This document shows positions 1 to 12,200 of a stretch of 36,389 nt of DNA, one piece after another. The notes below the pieces were generated by a model. The model was not told the DNA's origin, ran no database searches, and worked only from the letters and a program-made list of their open reading frames with translations. Made by a program: the position numbers and the translations under genes. Each line of letters starts with the position of its first letter. Position 1 is the first letter of the stretch. The stretch is from Thecamonas trahens ATCC 50062. Taxonomy: Eukaryota > Protista > Apusomonadida. The DNA lies in NCBI RefSeq assembly GCF_000142905.1, contig NW_013657623.1, positions 145,857 to 182,245 of the forward strand, written 5' to 3'.

Positions 1-250
1 TCCCTCCCCTCCCCGCCAACCACCCACCACCACCACCACCACCCCGACCTTCTCACACACTCCACCTCCCCACTCCACCCCACCCCCACCCACTCTTCCT
101 CACCCACACTCCACCCCTTCCACCACACTCCACTACCCCCCACTCCCTCCACCAACCACTAGAGTGTGTGTGCGTGTGTGTGCGCATTCCCCCCTCCCCC
201 CCTCTCCCGCCTCTCTACCCCTACCCCGCCAACACACTCGTGCGTCAAAG
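1..250 (+). repeat. C/A-rich low-complexity tract (CCA/CAC) forming the upstream/5' leader region of the dynein gene
   Basis: Positions 1-160 are almost entirely C and A with CCACCACC runs. Similar C/A-rich tracts lie on the sense strand upstream of most ATGs in the window. Confidence 0.6.
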
Positions 251-3200
251 ATGGAGTTTGACGACGGCAAGGTGCTGGACCCTGCGGAGGATGTCAGGCT
301 GGCATGGCTCCGCAAACAGGTCATGCTTGGTCTGCAGGTGAGCAAGGAGGCCTTTGACGCTGGTGTCATTGGTACTGGCTTGCTCCGTGAAGGCGGCCGC
401 TACGACGAACTCCGCGACTTTTTCGACGGGGAGCTCGAGGCCTCAGTCATTCTGTTCTACACTACCCGTGAGATGAAGTCTCGTGTGGTGCCGGTCGATG
501 TCGAGCGGCCCATTCCGCCCGAGGAGTACGCCGCTATGGAGGCCGAGCGTGCTGCTGCCCTCCAGGCAAAGGCCGATGCCGAGGCTGCTGCCGCTGCTGC
601 TGCCGCTGCCGCTGCCGGTGCTGACGCAGATGCCGACGCAGTTGCCAAGGCAGATGCGAACGCTGCCGAGTCTAGCAACGGTCCTGCGACGTCGGCGCCG
701 GGTGACGGCAGTGACGATGACGACGCCGTCTCGGTGACGTCTTCGTCGTCATCGTCATCGTCGTCTTCTTCCTCCTCCTCGTCCTCCTCGTCGTCTTCGG
801 ACGGCGCCGCCGACTGGCGGACCAACTTTGAACTTCCGTTGCCAAAGACCAAGACGGTGCGGCTGATGGAGAGCGTGGACGAGGAGGTAACGACGGTCCA
901 CGTTGAGTTTGAGGAGCTGCCCGAGGGCCTCCTCGAGATTGCATCGATGTACTTTATGCGCAACTCGAGCGATCCGATCCACAACAACTCGTCACCCGAG
1001 GTGGTTAACAGCTCGATGACGCAGATGTTTGAGGTCGGCATTCTGTGTGCCGAGGCGCTGCCGTTCATGGAGACGGTGCTGAAAGAGGTGTACGCACCGT
1101 TGATTGCGCGTGAGCTTGCGGCGTCGTCGGATGGCGGGGCCGAGGCCAGCAGCAGCGCGTCGAGCAGCTCGGCGAGTGCGCTTGCTGTTCCGGACTTTAT
1201 CAACAAGTTTGCGGCACAGATTGTTCACACCATGCAGCACATTCGGGCCGAGGTCACCATCCAGATTCCGGACGTCAAGATGGTGGGAACGACGGCCGAG
1301 CAGATGGCGCGCCACATCATCAACCTTGGACTCATGCAGCGGCTCGAGTCTGCGTGCTACGAGTGGACGCGTGACATTGCCGCGCTCTTTCAGCGGATCA
1401 AGAGCCTCGAGCGGGTCGGCGGTGGGCCGATGGCCGAGGTTGCGTACTGGCGCGAGCTCCACGCCGTTCTTGCGCAGGCGCACGAGCAGTTCAATCTTCC
1501 GATCGTGGCCAACATCCTGCGGGTTCTCGAGGTCTCCGAGTTTGCGGCTGTCCGCGAGCTCAAGTACTCGATCAAGGAGCTGTCCAAGGAGTACCTGCAC
1601 GCCAAGGACAACGTCAAGTTTCTTACCACCCTCGAGCGACACTTTAAGATCTTGTACGAGGGCTCGCTCGAGGCTATGGCCAACACGCTCATGCCTATGA
1701 TGTCGGCCATTCGCATGGTGTGGATCATTTCGCGGCACTTTCGGGTCGACGAGAACTTGCAAAAGCTGCTGGAGCGGTGTGCGCGGCAGATTGCCGACCG
1801 CGTCTCGTCAGAGCTCCCACTCAAGAAGCTTTTCCGCGACATGACGCCCGACCAGGCCATGGCGCACATCTCGGCCGCCAAGCATGTCCTCGACTCGTGG
1901 TCGGCCGTCTATCTAGAGGTCCGCCGCACTGTCGAGGACCAGAAGAACGGCCGCTGGGAGTTTGACCGCAACCTGCTTTTCGACGAGACCGACTACATGT
2001 CTGAACGCTGCGACGAGCTCTTCCTCATTGCCAAGGCTCTCGACGAGTTCAAGCACACGCTCGGGCCCGAGCTCAAGACCGTGACCGGCGAGCCGGAGCA
2101 GATTGAGAACGTCATCAAGCAAGTCTCCGCCCTCACCTCGCTCATCATCAACGTCACCTTTGACCCGTTTGACAAGAAGCGCGCCGCGTATTGGAAAGAC
2201 ATTTACCAGCGGTTCCTCGTCAAGACCGCCACCATCGACAAGGCTGCTGAAGAGTTCATCGACAAGTCGTTTACCCAGCTCCGGTCGGCGTACGGCACGT
2301 TTGAGTTCCTTCAGCGCGTCCAAGTCCACAAGTGCCGCGCCGCCATCCGCGACCACCTCAAGCAGATGAACATGTCGATCCTCACGCAGTTTGGCCTCGA
2401 GGTCGCCCAGATCCGCGAGCTCTTTGAGCGGCTCGAAGCTGCGCCGCCGCTTCCACGCAACCAGCCACCGGTTGCGGGTGCCATCAACTGGTCGCACGAT
2501 CTCTTCCTCAAGATGAAGAAGGCCATCCTCAAGTTCCAAGAGTCTGAGGAGATGAAGTCGCGTCCCGAGTACTCGTCGGTCCGCAACGCGTACCTCGACC
2601 TCTCGCGGCGTATCTTCCACTACGAGACTGAGCTGTACAAGGCTTGGGTCGCCCGCGCAGACACCGACGCCGACCGCTACCTCAAGCGCAACGTGCTGGC
2701 TCTCGACCCCGACTCGGGTCGCATCGTCGTCAACTTTCCGCCTGGCCTCCTCACCCTCATTCACGAGACCAAGTACATCGACGCCACCGGCCGGACAGTT
2801 CCGGAGCGCGCCCTCAACGTCTCGTTGCAGGAGGACAAGTACCACGCGTACGTCGAACAGCTCTCGTCGGTCATCGAGGATTATACCGCGGCTGTCGAGC
2901 TGCTGGCACCGGCCGAGGCCGCCATCATGGCGCCGCGCCACCTCGCCGAGCTCTCCGCCGTCCTCCATCCTGGCCTCACCGCCCTCAACTGGAAGTCACT
3001 TGGCATTCCTGACTTTATCGCCGCCTGCTCCGCCGCCATCACCTCGTTCCGCTCCACGGCGGTCCAGGTCCAAAAGTCGGCCGCCCGCGCTGCCGACCTC
3101 GTCGCTCAGATCTCGCGAATGCAGCTGGTCGCCGACCCGCCGCAGGCCCCGCTGGTCTCGTCGGCCGACGCTGCTGCCTCGGCGCTCGCGCCCATCGACC

Positions 3201-6200
3201 GCGACCGCGACGCGGCGGCGGTCTCGGCGGCGGTCTCGGCGGCGGTCTCGGCGGCCATTGCGGCTGAGACCGGGCCGGACGCGACCGCGAACCTGCTCGA
3301 CCTCAACGAGCTCGTCGCGCTCTTTGACAGTCACCGCAAGTCAGTTGTCACCGTGCTCCTGGAGCGCAAGGCCGCTGTGGCCTCGCAGCTCCGCGCCATC
3401 GGCTCGCTCCTCTACGGCGAGGCCGCGTCGTCCGAGCCGGTCATCGCCGCCTACTACAGCAAGTGGGAGGCCAAGATCTACGACGCTCTCCTCAAGGCCG
3501 CGCTCAACTCGCTCAAAAAGCTCAAAGAGCTCTTTTTTGTCCGCGCAAACTTTAAGCGCTCTGAGAGCGCCACTCTTGCCCTCGTGCAGTCGTCGCCCAT
3601 GGCGCTCCTCTCTGCTGGCATCACCACCACGTACGAGTCGTCAACAACCGCGGCTGGACCGGCAGGCCCGGTTCCGTCGGTCGCGGTCACCGGCGCCGGC
3701 GGACGGGAGAACTCGCGGAGCTCGCGCTCATTCTCAGCAGCAAAGTCCAGCCGGACCGGCCGGACCGGCCGCTCGGGCCGCTCGAGCAAGGCGACAACTC
3801 GCTCGGCCCGGCTCGGGCAGCCGAGCACCAACGCCGGCGAGGGCGAGTCAGACCTCGGCGCGCACGTTGGCAACGCCGTTGAGAAGACGCCGTCGATCCT
3901 CGGCGGAATTGAGGTGGTGAGCCAAGTGGCCGCCTCGGGCGAGGTGCCTGGCCTCCGACCGACCCGGCTTGGCCCGCTTTTCAAGGTCCTTGTCATCCGG
4001 CAGCCAAAGATTGTGACAGCACCCTCGTACGAGGTCATCCGCGAGCGACTCCGGTACGTCATCGACTCGACACTGAGCGCGTTCAAGGCCGTTCCGCGAT
4101 TCAAGCGTGGAACGGCCGACGACATTCCGTCGGCCGACGTTGAGTTCTCGTTCTACCCGGACATTGCCGGCCACACCAAGGTCCGGTCGCTGGCCACCAA
4201 GCTTGTCAAGCACGTCGATGCCACAGGCGGCGCTGTCGACAAGTACCTCAAGGCCAAGTGGTCCGAGGTTTATGCCAACGTGTGGCGCGACCGTGAGAAG
4301 GCGCTCGACCGTTTTGTGAAGAAGAAGCCGACCACCGTGGCTTTTGACACGCTCCTCTACAACTACCAGGCCGAGATGAACGCGCTGCTGGTCAAGTCGC
4401 GGGTCCATGACGTCGAGTTTGTGAGGCTCGACCTCGGACACCTCATGCAACTCATCTCCGAGGCCATGATCCAGTGGAAGACCGACATCGGAGCACGGCT
4501 CTTTGCCGCAGCTCTCGGCGAGCTCGAAGCACTCGAGGCGCGAATGGCCGCGCTCAAGGCCGACCTCGAGACGCCACCGGACACCGGCATCGACGACCTC
4601 AAGTTTGTGCTCAACACCATTGCCGTCATCCTCGACTCGTCGATGGACATGGAGCTTGCCATCGGGGCGACCGAGGAAGCGTTCCGCACGCTGCGGACGC
4701 CATCGTACGGACTTGTGGACGCGGCGCCGACGTGGGCGCCAGTCTTTGAGCGAGCTGCCAGCCTCCGCAGCGCGTGGCACGACCTGGTGGCGCAAGCGCG
4801 GTCCGTCGATGTCGAGCTCGAGTCTGTCAAGGACAAGTTCACCGCGCACACCTCGGCCCAGGTCGAGGCCTTTACCGGCGCGGTGGAGGAGTTTAAGAAC
4901 GACTTTGTGCGAGCCGGGCCCGATACGGTCGGGCGCGACATGGACGCTGGCCTCGAGCTGCTCGCGTCGTACACGCAGCGTGCTTCCGAGCTCAAGGCTG
5001 AGGCTGCGTCGCTCGCTCTTGCGCAAAAGCTCTTCAACCTCCCGATCACTTCGTATCCGCAGCTGGTCTTTGTCGAGCAAAAGATGGACGACCTGCGGCT
5101 TATCTACGACCTTTATTCAGAGATCAAGGACAGGATTGCGTCGTGGAGCTCTACGCTCTGGGGCGAGCTGGATGTCTCGGAGCTCCAGCGCGGGACCTCG
5201 ATCTTTCTCACCAAGCTCAAGCGACTGCCACGCGAGCTCAAGAAGCTGGAGCCGTTTGGTGTGGTGGAGGAGAAGATTCTCGGGTTCAAGGACTCGATCC
5301 CGCTGTTTTCGGACCTCAAGAACGACGCGCTCCGTCCGCGTCACTGGCAGAAGCTCATGGATGTGACCGGCATGTCGTTTGACCTCGACCCGACGTCGTT
5401 CACGCTCGAGGCGCTCTTTGCCATGGAGCTCCACCGGTACAAAGACAAGATCGGCGAGATTACGTCGGGCGCCATGAAGGAGCTCTCAATCGAAAAGGGC
5501 ATTGCCGCCATGGCGCAGGTGTGGAAGGAACTGCACTTTGACATCAAGATGTACAACAACGGGACCGCAGACCGCGGGTACATTCTGCGGTCGACGGAGG
5601 ACATTGTGGCGGCGCTCGACGACAACATGATGCAGCTGCAGTCGATGCAGGCGTCGCGGTATGTGGTGGCGCACCTGTCGGAGGTGACCAAGTGGGAGGC
5701 CGACCTTTCGCACATTGCCGAAGTCGCCGAAGTCTGGATGCGGGTCCAGCGCAAGTGGATGTATCTCGAGTCGATTTTCATCGGCTCGGCCGACATCCGG
5801 CTCCAGCTGCCGGACGAGGCAAAGGCGTTCGACTCGATCGACTCGCGGTGGATCAAGCTCATGAACGAGACGTTCAAGAACACCAACGTACTTGAGGCGT
5901 GCCACGCCGAGGGGCGACTCGGCAAGCTCGAAACGCTCGCCTTTGAGCTCGAGCAGTGCCAAAAATCGCTCTCCGAGTACCTCGAGACCAAGCGCATCGC
6001 CTTTCCGCGCTTCTTCTTCATTTCCGACGAGGAGCTGCTCTCCATCCTTGGCTCGCACGATCCGCGAGCAGTACAGGAGCACATGGTCAAGCTCTTCTCT
6101 AACACCGGGGCTCTGGTCTTTGGCTCGGGCCGGGCTGAGGCCTCGGTGGTCGGCATGGAGTCGACCGAGGGCGAGTCATTCGCCTTTGCCAACCCGGTTC

Positions 6201-9200
6201 CGGCCAGCGGCGCAGTCGAAGCTTGGATGACCGGAGTGGAGGCTGAGATGCAGGCCTCGCTGCGGCTGCTGACCAAGAAGGCCGTGTTCAACTACGCTAA
6301 GCTTCCGCGGATCAAGTGGTTGCTCTCGGTGATCGGGATGGTGGCGCTCGCCGGCTCGCAAGTGTGGTGGACGTGGGAGGTGGAAGATGTTTCCGGCAGG
6401 TCCGCAAGGGTAATAAGCTGGCGATGAAGACATTTGCGGCGAAGCTGACCCGCCAGCTCAACGAGTTGGTGGAGCGGGTGCGGACGCCGCTCAACAAGCT
6501 TGACCGGAAGAAGGTCAACACAACGATCATCATCGACGTCCACGCGCGCGACGTCATCGACCGCTTTGTCCGCGACTCGATCCTCGACGAGTCCGAGTTT
6601 GAGTGGGAGTCGCAGCTGCGGTTCTACTGGGACCGCGATGTCGACGACATGCGCGTCCGCCAGTGCACCGGCGAGTTCCTCTACGGGTACGAGTACATGG
6701 GCCTCAACGGGCGACTGGTCATCACTCCGCTCACTGACCGTTGCATCATGACGCTTACACAGGCGCTCTCGATGCGGCTCGGCGGCTCGCCAGCCGGCCC
6801 GGCCGGAACCGGCAAGACCGAGACGGTCAAGGATCTGGCCAAGGCGCTCGGCCTCTACTGTCTGGTCTTCAACTGTGGCGAGGGTCTCGACTACAAGGCC
6901 ATGGGCCGGATTTTCTCCGGCCTTGTCCAGACCGGCTCGTGGGGCTGCTTTGATGAGTTTAACCGCATCGAGCCGGAGGTGCTCTCGGTTGTCTCGCAGC
7001 AGATCAAGCTCATCCAGCTCGCCATGGTCCGCGGGCACAAGACCATCCACTTTGAGGGTCGCGACGTCAAGCTCGACATGAAGATGGGCGTGTTTGTGAC
7101 GATGAACCCCGGGTACGCTGGGCGCCGCGAACTGCCGGACAACCTTAAGGCTCTCTTCCGGCCCATTGTTATGGTTGTGCCTGACCTCGAGCTCATTTGC
7201 GAGATCATGCTCTTCTCTGAGGGCTTTGTCGAGGCCAAGGTGCTTGCCAAAAAGATGACTGTTCTGTACAAGCTCGCGCGTGAGCAGCTCTCGAAGCAGT
7301 ACCACTACGACTTTGGCCTCCGTGCCATGAAGAGTGTGTTGACCCAGGCCGGCAGCCTCAAGCGGGCGAACCCAGAGTCGCCCGAGGACGTGGTCCTCAT
7401 GCGCGCGCTCCGCGACATGAACATGCCCAAGTTTGTGTTTGAGGACGTGCCGCTCTTTCAGGGCCTGGTCTCGGACCTCTTCCCCTCGCTCGCAGCCGAC
7501 ACGTCTGTCTCGCAAAAGTTCCACGTTGCCGTCCTCGCCGCTCTCCGCGAATCAGACTATGTTGTGCTCGACGACCAGGTCTCCAAGGTGCTCCAGCTCC
7601 GCGACACCATGGCGACCCGCCACACGACCATGGTTGTTGGCCCAACGTCTGGCGGCAAGTCGGTGGTCATCGACACGCTTCGACGGGCACAAAACAACCT
7701 CAACATCTCGACCAAAGTCTACACCATCAACCCCAAGGCTGTCACCGTGCCCGAACTGTACGGAAAGCTCGACCCGAACACCCGCGACTGGAAGGACGGC
7801 ATCCTCTCCAAGATCTTCCGCGAGCTCAACAAGAAGGCGGCGTCGGGACGGAGCGGTGCGAGCGGCGAGGGCGGGGCTGGCGACGACGAGCGTGGCGACG
7901 GAGCTGGCGAGAGCGGCGAGGGCGGGACCGGCGACGACGGCGATGCGGCCGGTGAGGGCGGGGCCGGCGACGACGAGCGCAGCGGCGCCGCCGCCGGCGG
8001 CGGCACGCGCGGACAAGCCAAGGGCTTTGCGCGGTACATCCTGTTTGATGGCGACGTCGACGCCGAGTGGGTGGAGAACATGAACTCGGTGATGGACGAC
8101 AACAAGTTGCTCACGCTGCCCAATGGCGAGCGGATCAGACTGCAGGAGCACTGTAAGCTCCTGTTTGAGGTCTCCGACTTGCAGTACGCGTCACCGGCGA
8201 CGATCTCGCGGTGCGGCATGGTGTATCTCGACCCGCGCAACCTCGGATTCAAGCCGGTGTACCAGCGATGGTGCGCACGGCGGCCGAATCGCGACCAGGG
8301 CGAGACGCTGGCGGGTCTGTTTGACAAGTACGTCCCGCCGGCGGTCGACTACATTTTCTCGGGCCTCGTCGATGGGGTCATTCGCGAGAAGTTGGCGACA
8401 ATCATTCCTCTGACGGCTGTGAACAACACTGAGCAGCTGTGCGTTCTGCTCGAGGCACAGCTCGACGACGAGAGCCCTCTCACGGATCCGCTTGTCCTCG
8501 AGTCGCTCTTCCAGTACTGCCTGGTGTGGTCGTTTGGCGGCAACTTGCTGCCTGAGTCGCGGCTCAAGTTTGACGCGCTCGTCAAGCGAGTCTCTGATGC
8601 CATCCTATTGGAAACGCCGGGCTTGCTTGCGGGGCCAGGCCAGCTCCCAACTGCGCTCCCGACGCTCTTTGACTACGTGTTTGACCTCGGCGAGTCCAAG
8701 TGGGAGCCGTGGCAGGCACGGGTGACGCCGTTTGCGCCACCTGCCGACAACGACTTTCACAAGTTTATGGTGCCGACGGTGGACACTGTGCGGAACACGG
8801 CGCTGCTCGACCTGTTCGTCTCGTCGCGGGCACCGGTGCTGTTTGTGGGCGGGACCGGGACGGCCAAAACGGTGACGATCCTCAACTACCTGCGGAGCCT
8901 CGACCCGACGGGCCACCAGATGTTGAGCGTCAACTTTTCGAACCGGACCTCGTCGCTGGACCTGCAGCGAAGCCTCGAGTCGAATGTGGACAGGCGAACG
9001 ACTGACACGTACGGGCCGACGTCAGGCAAAAAGCTCATTGTGTTCATCGACGACCTCAACATGCCGCACATCGACATCTACGGGACGCAGCAGCCGCTCG
9101 CGCTGCTCAAGCAGCTCATGACGTCAGACGGAATGTTTGACCGCGGAAATGACCTGCGGTGGATTTTCCTCCGCGACGTGCAGTACGTGGCGGCGATGGC

Positions 9201-12200
9201 GCCGCCGGGCGGTGGAGCCAACTCGATCGATCCACGGGTTGTCTCGCAATTCAACGTCCAGCACATTACCGAGCCCTCGAACGAGTCGCTGGAGCGGATT
9301 TTCAACTCGATTCTCTCGCACCACCTCCTCACCTTTTCGGAGGAGCTACAGGACGAGCTCAAGCTCCTCACAGAGATGTCGCTCGCGCTCTACCGTCACG
9401 TTGCGCTCCACCTGCCCCCGACGCCGTCCAAGTTCCACTACATCTTCAACCTTCGCGACCTCTCGCGGATTTACGAGGGCCTCTGCACCTCGACTCCGGA
9501 CGCATTCGCCACGGTGACCGACTTTGTGCGGCTGTGGCGGAACGAGGCGCTGCGGGTCTTCCACGACAAGCTCAACGCTGGGCAGGACAAGGCGCTGGTT
9601 CAGAACAAGATCGAAGAGCTGATTGGCAAGTTCTATCCCGAGTCGCTGGAGTCGGCGATGGCTGAGCCGCTGGTGTTTGGCGACTACGCCGAGCTGGCGG
9701 ACGCAGCGAAGCGGGTGTCTGCACTCGGCGACGCGTCAGTGGTGGCTGCGGCGTCTGGAGCAGACCTCGCACCGGGTGTGGTGCCAGGCGGTGATGGCGG
9801 TGGTGGCAGCGGGAGTGCCGCACCGATGGCACTGTTGCGGCTGTACGAGGACGTGGGCGACTACTCTGTCATGCGCAAGATTTTCACCGAGGTGCTCGAA
9901 GAGTACAACGAAGGTCACACCGAGATGTCGCTGGTGCTCTTTGATGATGCGCTTGAGCACCTCAACCGGATTTTGCGGATTGTGCGGCTGCCGCGCGGCA
10001 ACGCGTTGCTGGTGGGCGTGGACGGGTCGGGGCGGAAGAGCCTGACTCGGCTGGCGGCGTTTACCTGCGGCTACACTGTGTTTGAGATCCAGCTGACGCG
10101 CGGGTACGACGAGGCCGCGTTCCGCGACGACCTCAAGACGCTGTACACCATGCTAGGCGTGGAGGACAAGGAGGTGGTGTTTCTCTTTACCGACGCACAC
10201 GTGGCGGACGAGTCGTTCCTCGAGCTCATCAACAACATGCTCACGTCCGGCATGGTGCCAGCGTTGTTTGACGACAACGAGAAGAAGGAGGTGATCAACG
10301 CAGTCCGCGACGAGATGGCCGCCCGCGGGATGAGCAATGCATCTGCGTCCGACTCGTGGGCGTACTTTGTGGACAAGTGCCGGAACAACTTGCACGTCGT
10401 GCTCTCCATGTCGCCTGTGGGCGACGACCTTCGCGTGCGGTGCCGGAACTTCCCGGGCCTTGTCTCCAACACCATCATCGACTGGTTCTCGCAGTGGCCA
10501 GAAGAGGCGCTGTACGCGGTGGCGGACGCGTTTGTGGCGGACAAGGTGCCTGCTGCAATGCAAGAGTCGTTGGTGGAGCACATGGTGTTTGTGCACACCT
10601 CTGTTCTCGCTGCGTCGGAGCGGTACGAGGCGGAGCAGCGGCGGCGCAACTTCTGCACGCCGAAGAACTACCTCGACTTTATCAGCAACTACGTGCGGCT
10701 GCTGCAGAAGCGCAGCGACGAGATTGGCGAAGAGGTTGCACGGCTGGGCGGCGGGCTGCAGCGGCTTGTGGAGGCTGGCGAGCAGCTCGACGAGCTCAAC
10801 GTCAAGCTGCAGACGCAGCGTGGAGTGCTCGACGAGAAGACACTCAAGTGCAACGAGCTCATCGATCTCATCCAGGAGAAGAACGAGCAAGTGAGCGCCA
10901 AGGCCGAGGCCGTGAGGGCAAAAGAGGCGGAGCTGTCTGCTGCGCAGGACCAGATCATCATTCAGAAGAAGGAGGCCGAAGAGGCGCTGGCGGAGGCGCT
11001 GCCTGCGTTGGAGCGTGCAGACGCGGCAGTGCGGTCGCTTAATCCGCGGGAGATCAACGAGCTACGGACGATGGCGCGGCCGCCCGAGGCCGTGCAAAAA
11101 GTGTGCGAGTGCGTGCTCATTCTTGTGGAGCGAAAGACCAAGGCCGAGGACATCAACTACAAGAACGCGCGTGTGATGATGGGCAAGATTACCTTCCTCC
11201 GCTCGCTCATCGAGTACATGGACAAAGTGGATCTCATCAAGCGGTCGCAAGTCAAGGCGGTGACGGACAAGCTCCGCAAGCACGATCTGTTCCGGCCGGA
11301 CGCGATGGACGGCACTTCGGTGGCCGGCGCTGTCCTCCTCACCTGGGTCCACGCCATCGTGTACTACGCCGACGTGGCCAAGAAGGTCAACCCGAAGAAG
11401 CAAAAGGTGGCCGAGCTCGAGGCGTCGCTCAAGCAGTCTGAGATCCAGCTGAAGGAGCTCAAGGCGCAGTCTGTGGAGCTCCAAGCGACGCTCGAGGCGC
11501 TTTCGAAGGAGCTGGCGCAGGCCGACGGCGAGAAGTCGCAGCTGACTGAGGAGGCAGCGATCATGCAGCGGCGACTGGAGGCGGCGTCCAAGCTCATGTC
11601 TGGGCTGGGGACGGAGAAGGTCCGTTGGACGGCGCAGGCCGAGGACCTCAAAGAGCAGTACGAGCGTCTGCAAGGTGACTGCATGCTTGCGGCTGGCTTT
11701 CTCTCGTACACGGGCTTTTTCTCGTTTGACGTCCGACAAGAGCTGGTGTATGGGACGTGGCTCGACGATCTTGCGGCGCGCGGGGTGGCGCTCTCCGAAC
11801 CGTTCTCGCTGGCGAGCTTCCTCTCCGACGACGTCGAGGTCTCGCAGTGGGCTGGCGAGGGCCTGCCGTCGGACGAGCTGTCTGTGCAAAACGGCATTCT
11901 GACGACGCGGTCGTCGCGTTGGCCCCTCTGTATCGACCCACAGCTGCAAGCAGTCAACTGGATCAAGAAGCGCGAGGCGCCGAATGGTCTTGTGGTCACC
12001 TCGTTTGCCAGTCCTGTGTTTGTCAAGCAAGTGGAGAACGCGGTCCAGCACGGATTCCCGCTCCTCTTTGAGGGCATCCACGAGTACGTGGACCCGGTCA
12101 TTGACCCTGTGCTCGAAAAGGCGATCAAATCCGTGGGCAACCGGCGGTTCATCACGCTAGGCGACAAGGAGATTGATTGGAACGAAGACTTTCGGCTGTA

